Source: Euglena gracilis (lineage: Eukaryota). Taken from it: DNA of 64,000 nucleotides. The stretch is taken from assembly GCA_039621445.1 (NCBI GenBank), contig CP154954.1, forward strand, positions 35,201,703-35,265,702. The letters run 5' to 3'. The notes below the pieces were generated by a model. That model saw only the letters and a program-made list of their open reading frames with translations, was not told where the DNA came from and ran no database searches. Below are positions 23,253 through 34,900 of the stretch, piece after piece. Positions within the stretch are counted from its first letter, which is position 1. The number at the start of each line of letters is the position of its first letter. The position numbers and the translations under genes are program-made.

Positions 23253-24650
23253 TCAGTCCCGATTCGCGAATTTTTCTTGTTGTAAAACAAGAGGATTGGC
23301 GGTTTTTGCGGGGAAAACCGGTTCCTCATCCGAAGATTCACCCTTGTGCGGGGGAATCTTGATTTGTGGTATAAACGGGCGATTGTAATCGTGATTGTAG
23401 GCATGTGCATGATCATGTGCATCCGTGGATGCTTGTAGGGCATGCGCATCCGAAGATGCTTGTATGGGTGCGCATACTGCGCTTTTGGAAGTATTGGCAT
23501 CCAACACATCGCGAATTTGATGCACAAAGTCGCGAGTTGGATGTCGGGCATCCGAAGATGCTTCGGTTGGTGCGCGAAAAGCGCGTTGTGAGCTGGAAGT
23601 TGCAATTTGACCACCGAAAACGGTGTTTTCATGGCCAAAGTGCGGGGGGTTGCGGGATTTTGCATGAATCTCATCCAAACTCAATGCAAAATCTTGTATG
23701 CTTTGTTCCAATGAACCAACCACTTGGAAAAGGTCCGAAATTCGTTCAACATCACCCTGCAAACGCTTAATACGTTTGCGGTATGAGGGTAGTTCATCCA
23801 AAAGTGGTAATTTGTCAGCAATGGATTCAAAATTCGCGGAAAGTTTTGGAAAAGTGGTGTCCAAAAATTGGACCCGCTTAACCAAAGTTTCCATTGCGGT
23901 TGTAAGTGCGTTTAACCGATTCTCGGTTTGTGGGGTTTGTGGGGTTGTGGTACCCAACGTGGGTTGGGGTACCCTTACCGCATTTTCAGCGGTTTTATCA
24001 ACCATCATTGTAGAAAGTCGGTTCTCCAACACCGAAACTTGTTGTTTTAGTGTGAGAACTTGTTGAGTGACCGAATTTTCGGTCCTCATCAAGGTTTCAC
24101 AAAATTCTTGTACACTATCTTGATTTTTCGCAAGCATTTGGTCATAAAATGTGCGAAAATCAAGGGGTAGTTCGACTTCGCGAACCGTTTGTCCATCCGA
24201 GGATGGTTGGAGTCCGGAGACCCTTGTAGAAAGTGTTTGTACGCGTTTTTGTAAATGGGAAGTGGTGGATTGTAAGGTTTTGTGTTGGGTATTCAAATCC
24301 GCAAGCGCGGTTTCGATGCCGGTGATATCCGGAATTGATGTTTGAATACCGTTGCACCGTTTGTGCAAATCCGCAAATGCAGATTCGATTTTGTTCACAT
24401 CAGATTGTAATTGATTGTGCAAATCGGTGATAGTGGTTCGTAGTGCTCCCATACTGGGATTTTTTGTGGAAGTTTCCGCAAAGCGGCGTTGTAAGTCCCC
24501 AATTGCAGTTTGTAGTCCCGAAACATCCGCAAAAGCGGTTTTCAGGTCTGCAAACGCAATTTGGAGGTCCGCATTCGCGGTTTGGATGGTAGTTATGACC
24601 GTTTCTCGGTCTTGGAGTTCCGCATTCGCGGTTTGTAAGCTAAGAATCAC
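23253..24650 (-). CDS. Long coiled-coil segment of ORF1/Gag
   Basis: 465-aa ORF with heptad-like repeats (LQTANAELQ, IQTANADLQ, FADLKTAFAD); frame stays open upstream to ~24790. Confidence 0.7.
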   Translation of the reverse strand: MILSLQTANAELQDRETVITTIQTANADLQIAFADLKTAFADVSGLQTAIGDLQRRFAETSTKNPSMGALRTTITDLHNQLQSDVNKIESAFADLHKRCNGIQTSIPDITGIETALADLNTQHKTLQSTTSHLQKRVQTLSTRVSGLQPSSDGQTVREVELPLDFRTFYDQMLAKNQDSVQEFCETLMRTENSVTQQVLTLKQQVSVLENRLSTMMVDKTAENAVRVPQPTLGTTTPQTPQTENRLNALTTAMETLVKRVQFLDTTFPKLSANFESIADKLPLLDELPSYRKRIKRLQGDVERISDLFQVVGSLEQSIQDFALSLDEIHAKSRNPPHFGHENTVFGGQIATSSSQRAFRAPTEASSDARHPTRDFVHQIRDVLDANTSKSAVCAPIQASSDAHALQASTDAHDHAHAYNHDYNRPFIPQIKIPPHKGESSDEEPVFPAKTANPLVLQQEKFANRD

Positions 24651-25131
24651 CGCATCGCGGGATTGGAGTTCCGCCGTAGCGGTTTGTAGCGCATTGGACG
24701 CAGTTTCAAATTTTTGTATGTCGTTTTGCCACTTTTCATGGAGGAAATCTTGCCGATGCGCGATTTCCTGCCACTTGAGTGTGCAATGTGGTCAAATTGT
24801 GGGAAACTTCACCGCATTTGCAGGAAGTTTGTTCCAAACGAGCAATCCGCTCTTCCAGTTGTTGAGCAAAAGCTCTTTGTACATAGTTTTCGCGTATTTG
24901 TGTAAAATTTTGATGAAAACTTGCGTTTTCATCACCCAAACGCAAAATGCGTTCCTGGGATTGTTGTACAACATTGGATAGGGTTGAGAAGTGCTCATAT
25001 GAGACATATGAGCCAAGTTCCGCACCCGTAGGCGCTTTATCCCGTTGTTGTAGGCGGGACTGCATTTCTTGCATTGTATAAGAGAATTTTTTGAGCTGAG
25101 TGGACAATTGTTGTAAACTTTGTTGTAAATG

Positions 25132-26085
25132 TCACAATTTTGCGCTATTTCTCGATTCCGCGGTTTGGAGGGTCTCTTGTACCTGTTGGAAGTTTTGTAC
25201 CAAGGTGTTGCGCAAAAATGCGTCAAAACCTTGGTGGAGGTTCTGAAGGTCCATTGTAGTGGAGTTAAAATTCTTTTGGCAAAATTGTCCAAATTCTTGG
25301 ATATATTGCCAAAGGAAGTCCAGCTTGCCGAAAACGGCCTTGTGACTGTCTTCATCAAATTGTAGGACTTGGTTCAGTGTTTTAGCGCAATTTTGGACAC
25401 ATGCTTCGATGTGTCGAAATTGCTGTTGTAGTGGGTGGTTCTCCGGTAAATTTGCGACTACGCGCTCAACGGTATTACTGGAGAACGAATCCCGGTCTTC
25501 CTCGGGGTCATTGTCCATGGGAACAATGACACCGGCAGTGTCCGGGACCACCAACCGCATTTCAGCGGACCAAGGTAGTTCTGGGATTTCTCCCAATTGT
25601 GGAGGGGGGGGCAAGTCCCTAATGGGGCTTACCGGTGGTAGGGCAGGGGGGGGGTTGGAAAAAACAAGGTGTTTCCAACCCGTCCTCGTAAGAGGGGGCT
25701 CTGTTGGCAATTGGGTGCCAAAAGGCACTAATTGCCAACCCCGTTCGGGCATACTGCCCTCTTGTGAGTCATACTCCGCAGAAGCGGAGGGGGTCCGTAG
25801 ACCCATTGTAGGATGGTGTTTTACCGCAAATGCGGTTGTTGTAAAGTTTGGTCCGCAAATGCGGGTTGGGTCCGTAGACCCTTGGAGGGGGGGGGTACCG
25901 CCGTAGCGGCTTGGGTCCGTAGGCCCTTGGAGGGGGGGGGGTACCGCCGTAGCGGCTTGGGTCCGTAGACCCTTGGAGGGGGGGGGGACCGCCGTAGCGG
26001 CTTGGGGCCGTAGACCCTTGGAGGGAGGGATACCGCCGTAGCGGCTTGTAGGGGGGGCACCGCCAACGCGGTCCGGGTTCGACAA
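25132..26085 (-). CDS. Pro-rich and helical N-terminal segment of ORF1
   Basis: 317-aa ORF; continues in frame past its TGA into ORF 24736-25107 (AKL*HLQQSLQQLSTQ). Confidence 0.55.
   Translation of the reverse strand: MSNPDRVGGAPPTSRYGGIPPSKGLRPQAATAVPPPSKGLRTQAATAVPPPLQGPTDPSRYGGTPPLQGSTDPTRICGPNFTTTAFAVKHHPTMGLRTPSASAEYDSQEGSMPERGWQLVPFGTQLPTEPPLTRTGWKHLVFSNPPPALPPVSPIRDLPPPPQLGEIPELPWSAEMRLVVPDTAGVIVPMDNDPEEDRDSFSSNTVERVVANLPENHPLQQQFRHIEACVQNCAKTLNQVLQFDEDSHKAVFGKLDFLWQYIQEFGQFCQKNFNSTTMDLQNLHQGFDAFLRNTLVQNFQQVQETLQTAESRNSAKL
25868..26048. repeat. ~45-bp minisatellite (4 copies) inside ORF1 with variable G-runs
   Basis: GGGTCCGTAGACCCTTGGAG(n)TACCGCCGTAGCGGCTT repeated; encodes QAATAVPPPSKGLRT on the minus strand. 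Confidence 0.9.
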
Positions 26086-26107
26086 CCCTGTTGGTGGGGG
26101 GGTGCCA

Positions 26108-26255
26108 CCGAAGCGGCTTGGGCATCCGCCCCTTGTATAGAAAAATTTTCCACCGCAGAAGCGGCGTGGGCATTCGCCCCTTGTGAAGGAAAATTTTCTG
26201 CCGCAAAAGCGGTTTGGGCCTCCGCCCCTTGTGAAGAAAAATTTTCTGTCGCCGT
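26108..26255. repeat. ~48-bp imperfect tandem repeat (3 copies) inside ORF1
   Basis: CGCCCCTTGT..AAAATTTTC..CCG recurs; encodes ENFxxQGAxAxxAxAx three times. Confidence 0.85.
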
Positions 26256-26561
26256 AGCGACTTCGTCTGCATTCTGCAGTCCACGAAGAGAACCTATTAA
26301 CAAAGCATAGTTAATAGGTGCGTTTCCAGTGTGTGCATGTGCACTTTGCATTTCTGATGAAAAATTGGGAAAATTTTTGTGAAAATAGTAAAAATTGTAA
26401 AATTTGTAAAAATTTGTGTGAAAAGACCCAAAAATATAAGCAAAGGTGGGGGCTCAGAGGCTTTGTGATGCAGCCGTAGCCACTTGTGCCCCTGAGACAC
26501 CTCGCCCGTGCTTAGGCGCCTTTTCTGAGTTTTTGTGTGGTCGTACGACCGTTAAACCTAA

Positions 26562-26571
26562 TCTGCTACCA
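26562..26571 (-). promoter_or_regulatory. Primer-binding site, tRNA-iMet type
   Basis: Minus strand TGGTAGCAGA immediately after the 5' LTR; complementary to the ..UCUGCUACCA 3' end of many eukaryotic initiator tRNAs. Confidence 0.85.
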
Positions 26572-27004
26572 AGTGTACGTCCCACCCCGGCTTTTCTACT
26601 TAAGGTTTTCCCCTGAAAAGCCCGTGGGGGGAGTAACAATAAAATTTGCTTCCCTTTTCCCCTTTTGAATGCAAAGCACACAAGCAGAAGAATTGGTGGG
26701 ACCGCAGTCCCTTATATGATTGTGACTTTTGCTCTTTCGAGCTTTGTAAAAGAAAGAAAGAAAACTTCTATTCAAATGGGACTTCGCCCTCAGAATTCTA
26801 AAATAGAATTGCAAAGCACCAAACCCTGTAACCTTGAATTAGGAACCAGTTACTTTCGCTAAGCTTTCGCTAGCTCTGAGATTCTCTCTTTGTCTTATGG
26901 TTTTAACCATGCCACTGTGTACGGCCCGGCCGTAGCCAGGTTGTAGGCCGTAGCCCCTTGTATCTGGTACACAGTGCCATGGCAGAATGGCTGCCTGGTA
27001 CACA
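26572..27004 (-). repeat. 5' LTR (433 bp including terminal dinucleotides)
   Basis: Direct repeat of 14314-14746, followed on the minus strand by the PBS. Confidence 0.96.
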
Positions 27005-30000
27005 CTTACTCCGAGTAACTGAACGGGTGTTCCAGGAGGCCTCCAAATTCACGGGACCCGTTGGTTTTATGACTGTCGTGGTTTAATGGTAAGAGCAACA
27101 TGCAGCGGGCATGTTGGTTGCAAGAAATGAGCACATTTAGATGTGTGCATTCGACCATTCCGGGGAACGATTACCAGGTCAGCCCAGGTTACCATGTAAA
27201 AATGGACCAAATTGGGCCTTACTCCGAGTAACCGAATGGGTGTTCCAGGAGGCCACCAAAGTCAGGGGACCCGTTGGTTTCATGATTGTCGTGGTTTAAT
27301 GGTAAGAAAAACGTGCAGCGGGAATGTTGGTTGCAAGAAATGAGCACATTTAGATGGGTGCATTCGACCATTCCAGGGGACGTTTACCAGGTCAGCCCAG
27401 TTTACCGTGTAAAAATGGACCAAATTGGGCCTTACTCCGAGTAACTGAAGGGTGTTCCAGGAGGCCTCCAAAGTCAGGGGACCCGTTGGTTTCATGATTG
27501 TCGTGGTTTAATGGTAAGGAAAACGTGCAGCGGGAATGTTGGTTGCAAGAAATGAGCACATTTAGATGGGTGCCTTCGACCATTCCGGGGGACGTTTACC
27601 AGGTCAGCCCAGGTTACCGTGTAAAAATGGACCAAATTGGGCCTTACTCCGAGTAACTGAATGGGTGTTCCAGGAGGCCTCCAAAGCCGGGGGCCCGTTG
27701 GTTTCGTGATTGTCGTGGTTTAATGGTAAGAAAAACATGCAGCGGGAATGTTGGTTGCAAGAAATGAGCACACTTAGATGGGTGCATTCGACCATTGCGG
27801 GGGACGTTTACCAGGTCAGCCCAGGATACCGTGTAAAAATGGACCAAATTGGGCCTTACTCCGAGTAACCGAATGTGTTCCAGGAGGCCTCCAAAGTCAG
27901 GGGACCCTTTGGTTTCATGATTGTCGTGGTTTAATGGTAAGAAAAACATGCAGCGGGAATGTTGGTTGCAAGAAATGAGCACATTCAGATGGGTGCATTC
28001 GACCATTCCCGGGGACGTTTACCAGGTCAGCCCAGGTTACCGTGTAAAAATGGACCAAATTGGGACTTACTCCGAGTAACTGAATGAGGCCTCCAAAGTC
28101 AGGGGACCCGTTGGTTTCATGATTGTCGTGGTTTAATGGTAAGAAAACATGCAGCGGGAATGTTGGTTGCAAGAAATGAGCACATTTAGATGGGTGCATT
28201 CGACCATTCCGGGGGACGTTTACCAGGTCAGCCCAGGTTACCCTGTAAAATGGTCCAAATTGGGCCTTACTCCGAGTAACCGAATGGGTGTTCCAGGAGG
28301 CCTCCAAAGTCAGGGGACCCGTTGGTTTCACGATTGTCGTGGTTTAATGGTAAGAAAAACGTGCAGCGGGAATGTTGGTTGCAAGATATAAGCACATTTA
28401 GACGGGTGCATTCGACCATTTCGGGGGACGTTTACCAGGTCAGCCCAGGTTACCGTGTAAAAATGGACCAAATTGGGCCTTACTCCGAGTAACGGAATGG
28501 GTGTTCCAGGAGGCCTCCAAAGTCAGGGGACCCTTTGGTTCCATGATTGTCGTGGTTTAATGGTAGGGAAAACATTCAGCGGGAATGTTGGTTGCAAGAA
28601 ATGAGCACATTTAGATGGGTGCATTCGACCATTCCGGGGGACGTTTACCAGGTCAGCCCAGGTTACCGTGTAAAAATGGACCAAATTGGGACTTACTTCG
28701 AGTAACCGAATGGGTGTTCCAGGAGGCCTCCAAAGTCAGGGGGCCCGTTGGTTTCGTGATTGTCGTGGTTCAATGGTAAGAAAAGCATGCAGCGGGAATG
28801 TTGGTTGCAAGAAATGAGCACACTTAGATGGGTGCATTCGACCATTCCAGGAGACGTTTACCAGGTCAGCCCAGGTTACCGTATAAAAAGGGACCAAATT
28901 GGGCCTTACTCCGAGTAACCGAATGGGTGTTCCAGGAGGCCTCCAAAGTCAGGGGACCCTTTGGTTTCATGATTGTCGTGGTTTAATGGTAAGAAAAACA
29001 TGCAGCGGGAATGTTGGTTGCAAGAAATGAGCACATTTAGATGGGTGCATTCGACCATTCCGGGGGACGTTTACCAGGTCAGCCCAGGTTACCGTGTAAA
29101 AATGGACCAAATTGGGACTTACTCCGAGTAACTGAATGAGGCCTCCAAAGTCAGGGGACCCGTTGGTTTCATGATTGTCGTGGTTTAATGGTAAGAAAAA
29201 CATGCAGCGGGAATGTTGGTTGCAAGAAATGAGCACATTTAGATGGGTGCATTCGACCATTCCGGGGGACGTTTACCAGGTCAGCCCAGGTTACCCTGTA
29301 AAAATGGACCAAATTGGGGCTTACTCCGAGTAACCGAATGGGTGTTCCAGGAGGCCTCCAAAGTCAGGGGACCCGTTGGTTTCATGATTGTCGTGGTAGA
29401 ATGGTAAGAAAAACATGCAGCGGGAATGTTGGTTGCAAGAAATGAGCACATTTAGATGGGTGCCTTCGACCATTCCGGGGGACGTTTACCAGGTCAGCCC
29501 AGGTTACCATGTAAAAATGGACCAAATTGGGCCTTACTCCGAGTAACCGAATGGGTGTTCCAGGAGGCCTCCAAAGTCAGGGGGCCCGTTGGTTTCGTGA
29601 TTGTCGTGGTTCAATGGTAAGAAAAACATGCAGCGGGAATGTTGGTTGCAAGAAATGAGCACATTTAGATGGGTGCATTCGACCATTCCGGGGGACGTTT
29701 ACCAGGTCAGCCCAGGTTACCGTGTAAAAATGGACCAAATTGGGCCTTACTCCGAGTAACCGAACGGGTGTTCCAGGAGGCCTCCAAAGTCAGGGGACCC
29801 TTTGGTTTCATGATTGTCGTGGTTTAATGGTAAGAAAAACATGCAGCGGGAATGTTGGTTGCAAGAAATGAGCACATTTAGATGGGTGCATTCGACCATT
29901 CCGGGGGACGTTTACCAGGTCAGCCCAGGTTACCATGTAAAAATGGACCAAATTGGGACTTACTCCGAGTAACTGAATGAGGCCTCCAAAGTCAGGGGAC

Positions 30001-31924
30001 CCGTTGGTTTCATGATTGTCGTGGTTTAATGGTAAGAAAAACATGCAGCGGGAATGTTGGTTGCAAGAAATGAGCACATTTAGATGGGTGCATTCGACCA
30101 TTCCGGGGGACGTTTACCAGGTCAGCCCAGGTTACCCTGTAAAAATGGACCAAATTGGGCCTTACTCCGAGTAACCGAATGGGTGTTCCAGGAGGCCTCC
30201 AAAGTCAGGGGACCCGTTGGTTTCATGATTGTCGTGGTTTAATGGTAAGAAAAACATGCTGCGGGAATGTTGGTTGCAAGAAATGAGCACATTTAGATGG
30301 GTGCATTCGCCCATTCCGGGGGACGTTTACCAGGTCAGCCCAGGATACCCTGTAAAAATGGACCAAATTAGGCCTTACTCCGAGTAACGGAACGGGTGTT
30401 CCAGGAGGCCTCCAAAGTCAGGGTACCCTTTGGTTTCATGATTGTCGTGGTTTAATTGTAAGAAAAACATGCAGCGGGAATGTTGGTTGCAAGAAATGAG
30501 CGCATTTAGATGGGTGCCTTCGACCATTCCGGGGGACGTTTACCAGGTCAGCCCAGGTTACCATGTAAAAATGGACCAAATTGGGCCTTACTCCGAGTAA
30601 CCGAATGGGTGTTCCAGGAGGCCTCCAAAGTCAGGGGACCCGTTGGTTTCATGATTGTCGTGGTTTAATGGTAAGAAAAACATGCAGCGGGAATGTTGGT
30701 TGCAAGAAATGAGCACATTTAGATGGGTGCATTCGACCATTTCGGGGGACGTTAACCAGGTCAGCCCAGGTTACCCTGTAAAAATGGACCAAATTGGGCC
30801 TTACTGCGAGTAACCGAATGGGTGTTCCAGGAGGCCTCCAAAGTCAGGGGACCCGTTGGTTTCATGATTGTCGTGGTAGAATGGTAAGAAAAACATGCTG
30901 CGGGAATGTTGGTTGCAAGAAATGAGCACATTTAGATGGGTGCATTCGCCCATTCCGGGGGACGTTTACCAGGTCAGCCCAGGATACCCTGTAAAAATGG
31001 ACCAAATTAGGCCTTACTCCGAGTAACCGAATGGGTGTTCCAGGAGGCCTCCAAAGTCAGGGGACCCGTTGGTTTCATGATTGTCGTGGTTTAATGGTAA
31101 GAAAAACATGCAGCGGGAATGTTGGTTGCAAGAAATGAGCGCATTTAGATGGGTGCCTTCGACCATTCCGGGGGACGTTTACCAGGTCAGCCCAGGTTAC
31201 CATGTAAAAATGGACCAAATTGGGACTTACTCCGAGTAACTGAATGAGGCCTCCAAAGTCAGGGGACCCGTTGGTTTCATGATTGTCGTGGTTTAATGGT
31301 AAGAAAAACATGCAGCGGGAATGTTGGTTGCAAGAAATGAGCACATTTAGATGGGTGCATTCGACCATTCCGGGGGACGTTTACCAGGTCAGCCCAGGTT
31401 ACCCTGTAAAAATGGACCAAACTGGGGCTTACTCCGAGTAACCGAATGGGTGTTCCAGGAGGCCTCCAAAGTCAGGGGACCCGTTGGTTTCACAATTGTC
31501 GTGGTTTAATGGTAAGAAAAACATGCAGCGGGAATGTTGGTTGCAAGAAATGAGCACATTTAGATGGGTGCATTCGACCATTTCGGGGGACGTTTACCAG
31601 GTCAGCCCAGGTTACCCTGTAAAAATGGACCAAATTGGGCCTTACTGCGAGTAACCGAATGGGTGTTCCATGAGGCCTCCAAAGTCAGGGGACCCTTTGG
31701 TTTCATGATTGTCGTGGTTTAATTGTAAGAAAAACATGCAGCGGGAATGTTGGTTGCAAGAAATGAGCGCATTTAGATGGGTGCCTTCGACCATTCCGGG
31801 GGACGTTTACCAGGTCAGCCCAGGTTACCATGTAAAAATGGACCAAATTGGGCCTTACTCCGAGTAACCGAATGGGTGTTCCAGGAGGCCTCCAAAGTCA
31901 GGGGACCCGTTGGTTTCACAATTG
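27005..31924 (+). repeat. 213-bp satellite, block B (~23 monomers, GGGGACGTTT subfamily)
   Basis: Same monomer with diagnostic GACGTTT, frequent TACCGTG/TACCCTG variants and recurrent 11-bp-deleted units. Confidence 0.97.
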
Positions 31925-31928
31925 AAAT

Positions 31929-34900
31929 ATGAAACCAACGGGTCCCCTGGCTTTGGAGGCCTCCTGGAACACCCATTCAGTTACTCGGAGTAATTCTTAA
32001 TTTGGTCCATTTTTACATGGTAACCTGGGCTGACCTGGTAAATGCCCCCGAAATGGTCGAATGCACCCATCTAAATGTGCTCATTTCTTGCCACCAACAT
32101 TCCCGCTGCAAGTCTTTCTTACCATTAAACCGCGACAACCATGAAACCAATGGGTCCCTTGACTTTGGAGGCCTCCTGGAACACCCATTCAGTTACTCGG
32201 AGTAAGGCCCAATTTGGTCCATTTTTACATGGTAACCTGGGCTGACCTGGTAAATGTCCCCCGAAAGGTCGAATGCACCCAACTAAATGTGCTCATTTCT
32301 TGCAACCAACATTCCCGCTGCATGTCTTTCTTACCATTAAACCACGACAATCATGAAACCAACGGGTCCCCTGACTTTGGAGGCCTCCTGGAACACCCAT
32401 TCAGTTACTCGGAGTAAGGCCCAATTTGGTCCATTTTTACATGGTAACCTGGGCTGACCTGGTAAACGTCCCCCGTAATGGTCGAATGCACCCATCTAAA
32501 TGTGCTCATTTCTTGCAACCAACATTCCCGCTGAATGTTTTTCTTACCATTAATCCACGACAATCATGAAACCAACGGGTCCCCTGACTTTGGAGGCCTC
32601 CTGGAACACCCATTCGGTTACTCGGAGTAAGGCCCAATTTGGTCCATTTTTACACGGTAACCTGGGCTGACCTGGTAAACGTCCCCCGAAATGGTCGAAG
32701 GCACCCATCTAAATGTGCTCATTTCTTGCAACCAACATTCCCGCTGCATGCTTTTCTTACCAATCAACCACCGCAATCATGAAACCAACGGGTCCCCTGA
32801 CTTTGGAGGCCTCCTGGAACACCCATTCAGTTACTCGGAGTAAGGCCCAATTTGGTCCATTTTTACACGGTAACCTGGGCTGACCTGGTAAATGTCCCCC
32901 GAAATGGTCGAATGCACCCATCTAAATGTGCTCATTTCTTGCAACCAACATTCACGCTGCATGTTTTTCTTACCATTAAACCACGAAAATCATGAAACCA
33001 ACGGGTTCCCTGACTTTGGAGGCCTCCTGGAACACCCATTCAGTTACTCGGAGTAAGGCCCAATTTGGTCCATTTTTACAGGGTAACCTGGGCTGACCTG
33101 GTAAACGTCCCCCGAAATGGTCGAAGGCACCCATCTAAATGTGCTCATTTCTTGCAACCAACATTCCCGCTGCATGCTTTTCTTACCATTAAACCACCGC
33201 AATCATGAAACCAACGGGTCCCCTGACTTTGGAGGCCTCCTGGAACACCCATTCAGTTACTCGGAGTAAGGCCCAGTTTGGTCCATTTTTACATGGTAAC
33301 CTGGGCTGACCTGGTAAATGTCCCCCGAAATGGTCGAATGCACCCATCTAAATGTGCTCATTTCTTGCAACCAACATTCCCGCTGCATGTTTTTCTTACC
33401 TTTAAACCACCGCAATCATGAAACCAACGGGTCCCCTGACTTTGGAGGCCTCCTGGAACACCCATTCAGTTACTCGGAGTAAATCTTAATTTGGTCCATT
33501 TTTACATGGTAACCTGGGCTGACCTGGTAAATGTCCCCCGAAATGGTCGAATGCACCCTTCTAAATGTGCTCATTTCTTGCAACCAACATTCCCGCTGCA
33601 TGTTTTTCTTACCATTAAACCACCGCAATCATGAAACCAACGGGTCCCCTGACTTTGGAGGCCTCCTGGAACACCCATTCAGTTACTCGGAGTAAGGTCC
33701 AGTTTGGTCCATTTTTACATAGTAACCCGGGCTGACCTGGTAAACGTCCCCCGGAATGGTCGAGTGCACCCATCTAAATGTGCTCATTTCTTGCAACCAA
33801 CATTCCCGCTGCATGCTTTTCTTACCATTAAACCACCGCAATCATGAAACCAACGGGTCCCCTGACTTTGGAGGCCTCCTGGAACACCCATTCAGTTACT
33901 CGGAGTAAGGCCCAGTTTGGTCCATTTTTACATAGTAACCCGGGCTGACCTGGTAAACGTCCCCCGGAATGGTCGAGTGCACCCATCTAAATGTGCTCAT
34001 TTCTTGCAACCAACATTCCCGCTGCATGCTTTTCTTACCATTAAACCACCGCAATCATGAAACCAACGGGTCCCCTGACTTTGGAGGCCTCCTGGAACAC
34101 CCATTCAGTTACTCGGAGTAAGTCCCAATTTGGTCCATTTTTACACGGTAACCTGGGCTGACCTGGTAAACGTCCCCCGGAATGGTCGAATGCACCCATC
34201 TGAATGTGCTCATTTCTTGCAACCAACATTCCCGCTGCATGTTTTTCTTACCATTAAACCACGACAATCATGAAACCAAAGGGTCCCCTGACTTTGGAGG
34301 CCTCCTGGAACACCCGTTCGGTTACTCGGAGTAAGGCCCAATTTGGTCCATTTTTACACGGTATCCTGGGCTGACCTGGTAAACGTCCCCCGCAATGGTC
34401 GAATGCACCCATCTAAATGTGCTCATTTCTTGCAACCAACATTCCCGCTGCATGTTTTTCTTACCATTAAACCACGACAATCATGAAACCAACGGGTCCC
34501 CTGACTTTGGAGGCCTCCTGGAACACCCATTCAGTTACTCGGAGTAAGGCCCAATTTGGTCCATTTTTACACGGTAACCTGGGCTGACCTGGTAAATGTC
34601 CCCCGAAATGGTCGAATGCACCCATCTAAATGTGCTCATTTCTTGCAACCAACATTCCTGCTGCATGTTTTTCTTACCATTAAACCACGACAATCATGAA
34701 ACCAACGGGTCCCCTGAGTTTGGAGGCCTCCTGGAACACCCATTCGGTTACTCGGAGTAAGGCCCAATTTGGTCCATTTTTACAGGGTAACCTGGGCTGA
34801 CCTGGTAAACGTCCCCCGAAATGGTCGAAGGCACCCATCTGAATGTGCTCATTTCTTGCAACCAACATTCCCGCTGCATGCCTTTCTTACCATTAAACCA

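Larger units (their letters stand above)
21498..26351 (-). pseudogene. gag: Giant Gag/ORF1 (~1600 codons reconstructed), interrupted by frameshifts and one in-frame TGA
   Basis: Consecutive minus-strand ORFs 25821-26351, 25132-26085, 24736-25107, 23253-24650, 21697-23244, 21530-22189 and 21498-21743 can be joined by small indels and one TGA at 25134-25132. Confidence 0.7.
14314..27004 (-). mobile_element. Ty3/gypsy (Metaviridae)-like LTR retrotransposon, 12.7 kb, methyltransferase-carrying, no recognisable integrase
   Basis: 433-bp direct terminal repeats, PBS, PPT, Gag with CCHC knuckles, and protease-RT-RNase H in gypsy order on the minus strand. Confidence 0.95.

Noticed and set aside
26473-26482. 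GCCGTAGCCA resembling the start of the dinoflagellate spliced leader
   Set aside because: Only a 10-nt match, antisense to the element, and similar words recur in the LTR; compatible with chance.
14314-27004. Classification as a DIRS element because of the MTase
   Set aside because: Direct LTRs, tRNA PBS, PPT and aspartic protease are present, and no tyrosine recombinase or inverted/split repeats are seen.
14258-27060. 56-bp phase overlap of the flanks as a long TSD
   Set aside because: The two copies differ at several positions and belong to different monomer subfamilies; the overlap is simply tandem-repeat phase.
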